64,000 bases of DNA from an uncultured Spirochaetota bacterium (GTDB taxonomy: Bacteria; Spirochaetota; Spirochaetia; SZUA-6; CAVTHK01), in contig CAVTHK010000010.1 in NCBI GenBank assembly GCA_963734495.1, forward strand, positions 192,001 to 256,000, read 5' to 3'. The notes under the pieces were generated by a model. The model ran no database searches, had not been told where the DNA came from, and saw nothing but the letters and a program-made list of their open reading frames with translations. Made by a program: the position numbers and the translations under genes. Of this stretch, positions 58,853 through 64,000 are shown piece by piece; position 1 is the first letter of the stretch, and each line of letters starts with the position of its first letter.

Positions 58853-58865
58853 CGATACCCTCCTG

Positions 58866-59726
58866 TCACTGTGCTATGAGCGCCTCGAGGCGCGGATCGA
58901 GCCCTATCGAGAGAACCGCGAGCGCGGTCCAGGCAGCCGCGATCGCGAGCGCGACGGCGTCGGCCGGGCGGAAGCGGTGCCGCACGAGACGCGTCCGCCC
59001 GCCCCCGCCGGACCAGGCGCGCGCCTCCATCGCCATCGCAAGCATCTCCGCCCGCCTGAGAGCCGCGAGAAACAGCGGCACGAGCAGCGGCAGCAGCAGC
59101 CGGACCCTGCGAAAGAGGCCGCCTCGCCCGCGGCCCAGGTTCGCGCCCCGGGAGACCTGCGCCTTGGCGATGTGCTCGGCTTCCATCGCGAGGATCGGGA
59201 GAAAGCGCAGGGCCACCGTCAGCGTGAGCGCGAGCTCCGCCCCGGGGAGGCCGATGCGGCTGAGCGGGGCCAGCAGCCCCTCCGTGCCCTGGACCAGCTC
59301 GCGCGTCCCGGTGACGAGCGTCATCAGGCTCACGAGCACGATCAGCGAGCCGAAGCGCAGCAGCATGGCCGCGGCCGCGTGCAGGCCGCCCGTCGTCACC
59401 AGGAGGACGCCCAGCCGCAGGAGCACGGCGCCCGTGTCGTTGCGGGGGATCGCCAGGATCTGCAGCAGGGCGATCACGAGCATCATGGGGACGGCGGCGC
59501 GCACGCCCTTCAGCGCGTAGCGCAGAGGTACGCGGGCCGCTGCGGTGAGCCCCGCGAGCAGCGCTGCCGACACGCCGAGCGTGACGACGCTGTCGGCGGC
59601 GACGAGGCCGGCGAGCACGATCGCCGAGGAGGCGAGCTTGACCCCGGGATGGAGCGCGTGGATGCGGGAGCCCGTGGGAAGGTATTGGCCGATCGTGACC
59701 GAGCCCAGCAGCTCGAAGTCGCTCAT
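58866..59726 (-). CDS. ecfT: ECF transporter T component
   Basis: GQY.P..S.IH.L.P..K, ALRFLP, AQ.SRG, AMEAR. Confidence 0.9.
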   Translation of the reverse strand: MSDFELLGSVTIGQYLPTGSRIHALHPGVKLASSAIVLAGLVAADSVVTLGVSAALLAGLTAAARVPLRYALKGVRAAVPMMLVIALLQILAIPRNDTGAVLLRLGVLLVTTGGLHAAAAMLLRFGSLIVLVSLMTLVTGTRELVQGTEGLLAPLSRIGLPGAELALTLTVALRFLPILAMEAEHIAKAQVSRGANLGRGRGGLFRRVRLLLPLLVPLFLAALRRAEMLAMAMEARAWSGGGGRTRLVRHRFRPADAVALAIAAAWTALAVLSIGLDPRLEALIAQ

Positions 59727-61483
59727 GACCGGCCTCCGCTCCCTCCGCTTCCGTCGCGGAGGACTGCAGCGAGCGCCGCGAGCAGGTCGGTCCACCGGCC
59801 GCTCCGCGCCGCCGGGAGCTCCAGCCCCTGCTCGCGGAGCTCATCGACGAACGCGAGCGTCCTCGGGACCGCGAGCCCCCACGACGCCAGGCGGTCGCGC
59901 TCGCCGAACACGCGCGCCGCGTCGCCCGAGAGCACAGAGCGGCCGTGGTCGAGCACGAGCAGCCGGTCGCCGAGCTCCGTGGCCTCCTCCATGCCGTGGG
60001 TCGCGAGCACGAGGCGGGTGCCGGCGGCGCGCAGGTCCGCCAGCAGGCCGAGGATGCGCCGGCGGCCCATGGGATCCAGGCCGGAGGTCGGCTCGTCGAG
60101 GGCAAGGAGCGCCGGCCGCAGCGCCAGCACGCCGGCGAGGCCGACACGCCGCCGCTCGCCGCCGCTCAAGGCGTGCACCGGGCGGTCCTTGAACGCCTCG
60201 AAATCGAGACCGACTCGCTCCATGGCCCAGCGGACGCGCTCGCGGAGCTCCGGGCCCTTGAGCCCCGCCTGCCGCGGACCGAAGGCGACTTCGTCGCCCG
60301 TGTAGCGCTCGAAGATCTGCTGCTCCGGCCGCTGAAAGACGAGCCCCACCTTTCTGCGCAGGGCTGTCAGGTCGGCACGCGGCGAGGCGGTGTCTTCTCC
60401 GAGGACGCGCACGGAGCCCGCATGCGGTCTGAGCAGCCCGTTGAGGTGCTGGAGGACCGTCGACTTGCCCGAGCCGGTGGCGCCGATGAGCGCGCCGCTG
60501 CCGTCGCCGCCGAGCGTGAAGTCGACGCCCGAGAGCGCCGTGTGCTCGAGCGGCGTGCCGCGCAGGTAGATGTAACGGAGCCCGCGGATGTCAACCGTGT
60601 CACCGCCGTCCTCGGGCGCACCAGGCGGCCGCGCGTCCCGATCGGCTCCTGGGCGACGCGCGCAAGCGGCCACCGCCTGCGCCAGCCCGGCGCCATCGGC
60701 GGCGGGGCCGAGCCGCGGGCACAGCTCCCGCAGCGCGTCCGCCAGGCGCGCGCGAAAGGTCTGCTCCAGGCCCCAGCGCTCCAGGCCGCGGCTGCCCAGC
60801 ACGCGCTGCGGCGGGCCTTCGTCCACCAGCCGGCCTCCGGACAGGACCACGACGCGGCGCGCGCGGGCCGCCTCCTCCATCCGGTGGGTCACAGTGACGA
60901 CAGCCATGCCTTCGCGGTTGAGCGCATCGAGGAGGTCCAGGAGCGCGGCGGACCCTGCGGGGTCCAGCATGGAAGTGGCCTCGTCGAGCAGCAGGCAGCG
61001 CGGGCTCATGGCCAGGGCGCCCGCGATCGCCAGGCGCTGCTGCTCACCGGCGGAGAGCAGGTGCGGCGGGCGAAGCCGCTCCTGCCACAGGCCGACGCGC
61101 TCGAGCGACCGCTGCACGAGGCCTGGCAGCTCCGCGCTCGGGACGCCGAGGTTCTCCGGCCCGAAGGCGACGTCGTCCTCCGCGACCGTGGCCACGATCT
61201 GGTCGAGGGGCGACTGGAAGATCATCGCGACCCGGCGCCTGATCTCGCGGGCGTGGTCCGGGCGCGCGGTGTCCAGGCCGTCCACGAGGACGCGGCCGGA
61301 AGACGGGCGAAGGAGCGCGTTCAGGTGAAGCGCGAGGGTCGTCTTGCCCGAGCCGTTGGCGCCGACGATCGCGACGTAGTCGCCCTCGGCGACGGACAGA
61401 GTAACGCGTTCGAGCGCGCGCACCGGTGCGGCGCCGCGCTCCTCGTAGGTGTGGCTGACGTTTTCCGCGCTGATCAGAGCCAC
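59723..61483 (-). CDS. Fused double-domain ECF ATPase (EcfA1-EcfA2)
   Basis: Two NBDs: GANGSGKT/LSAGE/DEATSMLD and GATGSGKS/LSGGE/DEPTSGLD; GGGGAGG plus GTG. Confidence 0.9.
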   Translation of the reverse strand: MALISAENVSHTYEERGAAPVRALERVTLSVAEGDYVAIVGANGSGKTTLALHLNALLRPSSGRVLVDGLDTARPDHAREIRRRVAMIFQSPLDQIVATVAEDDVAFGPENLGVPSAELPGLVQRSLERVGLWQERLRPPHLLSAGEQQRLAIAGALAMSPRCLLLDEATSMLDPAGSAALLDLLDALNREGMAVVTVTHRMEEAARARRVVVLSGGRLVDEGPPQRVLGSRGLERWGLEQTFRARLADALRELCPRLGPAADGAGLAQAVAACARRPGADRDARPPGAPEDGGDTVDIRGLRYIYLRGTPLEHTALSGVDFTLGGDGSGALIGATGSGKSTVLQHLNGLLRPHAGSVRVLGEDTASPRADLTALRRKVGLVFQRPEQQIFERYTGDEVAFGPRQAGLKGPELRERVRWAMERVGLDFEAFKDRPVHALSGGERRRVGLAGVLALRPALLALDEPTSGLDPMGRRRILGLLADLRAAGTRLVLATHGMEEATELGDRLLVLDHGRSVLSGDAARVFGERDRLASWGLAVPRTLAFVDELREQGLELPAARSGRWTDLLAALAAVLRDGSGGSGGRS

Positions 61484-61619
61484 CGCGCCTCCCCGGTCGG
61501 CCGGGGGAGCGAGGCGGCCGCGCTCGCATGCGGATCCTGTTCCGCTGCGCCGCGCAGGCTCTCGGCTTTTTTCACTGCTCCCCGACGTCTCGGTCGCGCT
61601 CGATCCAAGCGTCGCTCCA

Positions 61620-61648
61620 ACAATAGCCGTCGAGCGTCCCGCGGTCAA
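61620..61648 (-). promoter_or_regulatory. Sigma70-type promoter TTGACC-N17-TATTGT for ecf-panT-coaX
   Basis: Consensus-like hexamers, 17-nt spacer; implies a leader of about 130 nt. Confidence 0.6.
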
Positions 61649-61690
61649 CCGGGCCCGGCCGGGCGCGCGGCCCGACGCGCGCGACTCGAC

Positions 61691-61719
61691 TTGTCAGGGC
61701 CGCCGTTTCGCTCTATCGT
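61691..61719 (+). promoter_or_regulatory. Sigma70-type promoter TTGTCA-N17-TATCGT for the PRTase gene
   Basis: Consensus-like hexamers, 17-nt spacer, divergent from the ecf promoter. Confidence 0.55.
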
Positions 61720-61761
61720 GCGGGACACCGGCAGGACCGGCGGCCGGGAAAGGGGTCGACG

Positions 61762-62289
61762 ATGAAGCTCTACTTCACCTACAACCAGATCCACGAGAGC
61801 GTGCGCCGGTTGGCGGAGCGCATCAAGGCGTCCGGTTTCGTTCCCGACATGATGGTGGCGATCGGGAGCGGCGGCTTCATCCCCGCGCGGATCCTCAAGA
61901 CTTACCTGGACGTTCCGATCCTCACGGTCGGAATTTCCTACTACGGCATCGACAACATCCCCACGGAAAAGCCTCAGACGATCCAGTGGATCGACGAGGT
62001 CGAAGCGAAGCTCGCCGGCAAGCGGCTCCTTCTCGTCGACGAGGTCGACGACACGCGGGTGACTCTCGAGTACACGCTCCACGAGCTCTACAGGCACCGG
62101 CCCAGGGAGATCGCGGTCATGGTCCTGCACGACAAGAAGAAGCCCAAACGCGGCGCGTTCCCGCCCTGGGTGCGCCACGTCTTCGCGGGCGAGGCGCTGG
62201 AGGACCTGTGGATCGTCTACCCCTGGGACGCGACGGACATCACGGAGCACGACCGGCTCGCAGCCGGCGCCGCGGTGCCGGCGTCCTGA
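61762..62289 (+). CDS. Purine (hypoxanthine/xanthine/guanine) phosphoribosyltransferase
   Basis: AIGSGGFIPAR, PRPP loop LLVDEVDDTRVTL, WIVYPW. Confidence 0.85.
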   Translation: MKLYFTYNQIHESVRRLAERIKASGFVPDMMVAIGSGGFIPARILKTYLDVPILTVGISYYGIDNIPTEKPQTIQWIDEVEAKLAGKRLLLVDEVDDTRVTLEYTLHELYRHRPREIAVMVLHDKKKPKRGAFPPWVRHVFAGEALEDLWIVYPWDATDITEHDRLAAGAAVPAS

Positions 62290-62389
62290 ATCGCGCGGAG
62301 CCGGCCGCACGAGGTGCCCGGCGTCTGCGCCGGCACCGCCTCCGCGCTATCTCGATTCCCGCCTCTGGCCGCGGCGGACCGCGGCCGGG

Positions 62390-63241
62390 CTAGCGAGCCG
62401 GCTTGCGACCCCAGGCCTGAACGACCATGAACGAGATCAGAAAGATGTCGGGATCGCGCGCGATGCGCTCGCATTCCGCGACCGTCTGATCGAACTCTTC
62501 GTCCGAGATCATGCCCCACTCCCTGGTTCGCGCCCGGCTCGCGGTCACGGACTCGATCGGCCAGCGCCGGAAGGGGTGCCCGCCGGGCAGTGCCAGGGCG
62601 GCCGCGCGCGACTGGACGTCTTGCAGGCCCGCGTTCCGCAGCAGCCCGTACATTCTGCGTCCGGCGTTCACGTCTCCGCCCGCGCGATCGAATGCCGCCG
62701 CGGTCAGTGCCTTCAGCCGGTCCCACGCGGGCTGAGGAGGGTAGCAGATGTAGCTGCTCTCGTCCGCTTCCTGCGTCACGAGCACTCCGCCGGGGCGCGT
62801 CAGCGCGAGCAGAGACTGCAGGAGGCCCCTGTCGTGACCCAGGGGCGTGAACATGAAACGCACGTGAACGAGGTCGAACGATTCGCGCGGCAGGGAGGGG
62901 TTCAGCGCATCCGCCTCGACGAGCTCGACGTTGGCCAGGCCTTCTCTCTCTGCATGCTCGCGCGCCGCAGCCAGCTGCGTCTTGTTGATATCCGCGCCGA
63001 TCACACGTCCCGTCGGCCCGGTCCTGCGGCTGAGGGCGCGCAGAATGCCCATCGGGCCGCAGCCGAGATCCAGGCAGCGCCAGCCGGGGCGGACCCCGAT
63101 CCGGTCCAGCATGGCCTCCGCTTCCGGCTCCCAGGTGCGGCCCCACGACTGCAGGCGCCCGACCTCGTTCGGCGCGCGGCCAAGCACATAAGCGTCCTCG
63201 CGTTCCGACACGATCCCCTTCTCTGTGCGGCGCGTTCCCAC
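62390..63241 (-). CDS. Class I SAM-dependent methyltransferase
   Basis: YVLG...E..RL, LDLGCG.G, FDLVHVRF, RPGG; start may be the later GTG (VSERE). Confidence 0.85.
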   Translation of the reverse strand: MGTRRTEKGIVSEREDAYVLGRAPNEVGRLQSWGRTWEPEAEAMLDRIGVRPGWRCLDLGCGPMGILRALSRRTGPTGRVIGADINKTQLAAAREHAEREGLANVELVEADALNPSLPRESFDLVHVRFMFTPLGHDRGLLQSLLALTRPGGVLVTQEADESSYICYPPQPAWDRLKALTAAAFDRAGGDVNAGRRMYGLLRNAGLQDVQSRAAALALPGGHPFRRWPIESVTASRARTREWGMISDEEFDQTVAECERIARDPDIFLISFMVVQAWGRKPAR

Positions 63242-63293
63242 TGCCGTGCTAATGTATTGCCGCGGCTCATCCCGGGCAATTGCGGCGCCGCCG

Positions 63294-64000
63294 TCAGACC
63301 GACGACGCCGCCGCCCGCTTCGTCCGGGTCGCCGCGTAGTAGGCCGCGGCCAGGAGCAGCAGAAGGGTCGCAGGCACCACGAGGATGACGACGGCCCCGA
63401 GAGCTTCGTAGAGAGCCCCGATCACGGGGTGGAACGTCATCGATCCGGCCGCGGACGCGATCGCGAGGAACGCGGTGACCTGTCCCACTTTGCCGGGATA
63501 CCGGGTGTTGATCGAGACCATCACGTTGGGGAACGTCCCCGAAATCGCCAGCCCGAACAGCAGCAGCAGCGCATACGCGGCGCCGGCCGAGCGCGCTCCG
63601 AGCAGCGCGAAGCCGCAGGCAGCCCCGCCCAGCGCGGCGCCGAGCACCAGCGCCCGGATGCCGATCCATCGGGCGAGCACGCCGTTGGCGAAACGGCCGA
63701 CCGTGATCCCCAGCCAGAGGAGCGTCAGGCCGATGGGCGCGGCCGGAGCGCTCAGCCCGAGCCCTTCCCTCAGGTACAGTACGATCCAGCCCGACATCCC
63801 CACTTCGGCGCCCACGTAGAGGAACAGCGCGAGCGCCCCGGCCAGCACGAAGGGGTCGCGCGCGATTCCGGCCCACGCGGGCCGTCCGCTCGAGCCGTGC
63901 GCCGGCGGCCGCGGGAGCCGCACGAGCAGCGCCATCACGAGCAGCGCCGCCGTGACGGCGGCCCCTCCCCAGAAGGCGCCGCGCCACCTGCCCGTCATCT
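63294..64000 (-). CDS. MFS transporter (FucP/TsgA-like), 5' part outside the window
   Basis: FLYVGAE..GW..Y, W.GIT.GRF, G..FP; six TM of the C-terminal half. Confidence 0.8.
   Translation of the reverse strand, partial: MTGRWRGAFWGGAAVTAALLVMALLVRLPRPPAHGSSGRPAWAGIARDPFVLAGALALFLYVGAEVGMSGWIVLYLREGLGLSAPAAPIGLTLLWLGITVGRFANGVLARWIGIRALVLGAALGGAACGFALLGARSAGAAYALLLLFGLAISGTFPNVMVSINTRYPGKVGQVTAFLAIASAAGSMTFHPVIGALYEALGAVVILVVPATLLLLLAAAYYAATRTKRAAASSV

Noticed and set aside
1-64000. CRISPR arrays, tRNA/rRNA, IS elements, prophage or defence genes
   Set aside because: None recognised by eye; no regularly spaced repeats seen

Overview
GC-rich bacterial genomic window from a diderm (TolC, a predicted outer-membrane beta-barrel and lipoproteins are present; Spirochaetota is a tentative guess from the gene families, not a tested result). 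About 55 CDS; I saw no rRNA, tRNA, CRISPR array, integrase or transposase. In order: partial acyl-CoA dehydratase activase, M16 peptidase, MFS, a nucleotidyltransferase-like orphan, TolC-MFP-RND divergent from MarR plus a heterodimeric ABC exporter, a ~15.5-kb potassium-uptake cluster (ktrBA; a Trk operon with three uncharacterised accessory genes; kdpF'-kdpFABCDE), SixA, PfkB, a GGDEF / beta-barrel / Ig-FN3 lipoprotein / coiled-coil / adenylate cyclase block, a sugar block (GH2, GH4, sulfatase, BNR, DgoD-like), a J-domain protein, adk, AKR, ecfA-ecfT-panT-coaX, a PRTase, a methyltransferase and a partial MFS. Best candidate for an undescribed system: the Trk operon and the kdp operon share an identical promoter layout (four KdpE-like half-sites at offsets 0/11/32/43, candidate -10 at offset 59). 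This suggests KdpDE co-induces a Trk system carrying a 4-Cys protein, a 49-aa membrane peptide and an OB-fold-like membrane protein, alongside a tandemly duplicated kdpF. Many genes carry clustered frameshifts, mostly +1, that are probably sequencing errors, and many appear to be leaderless.
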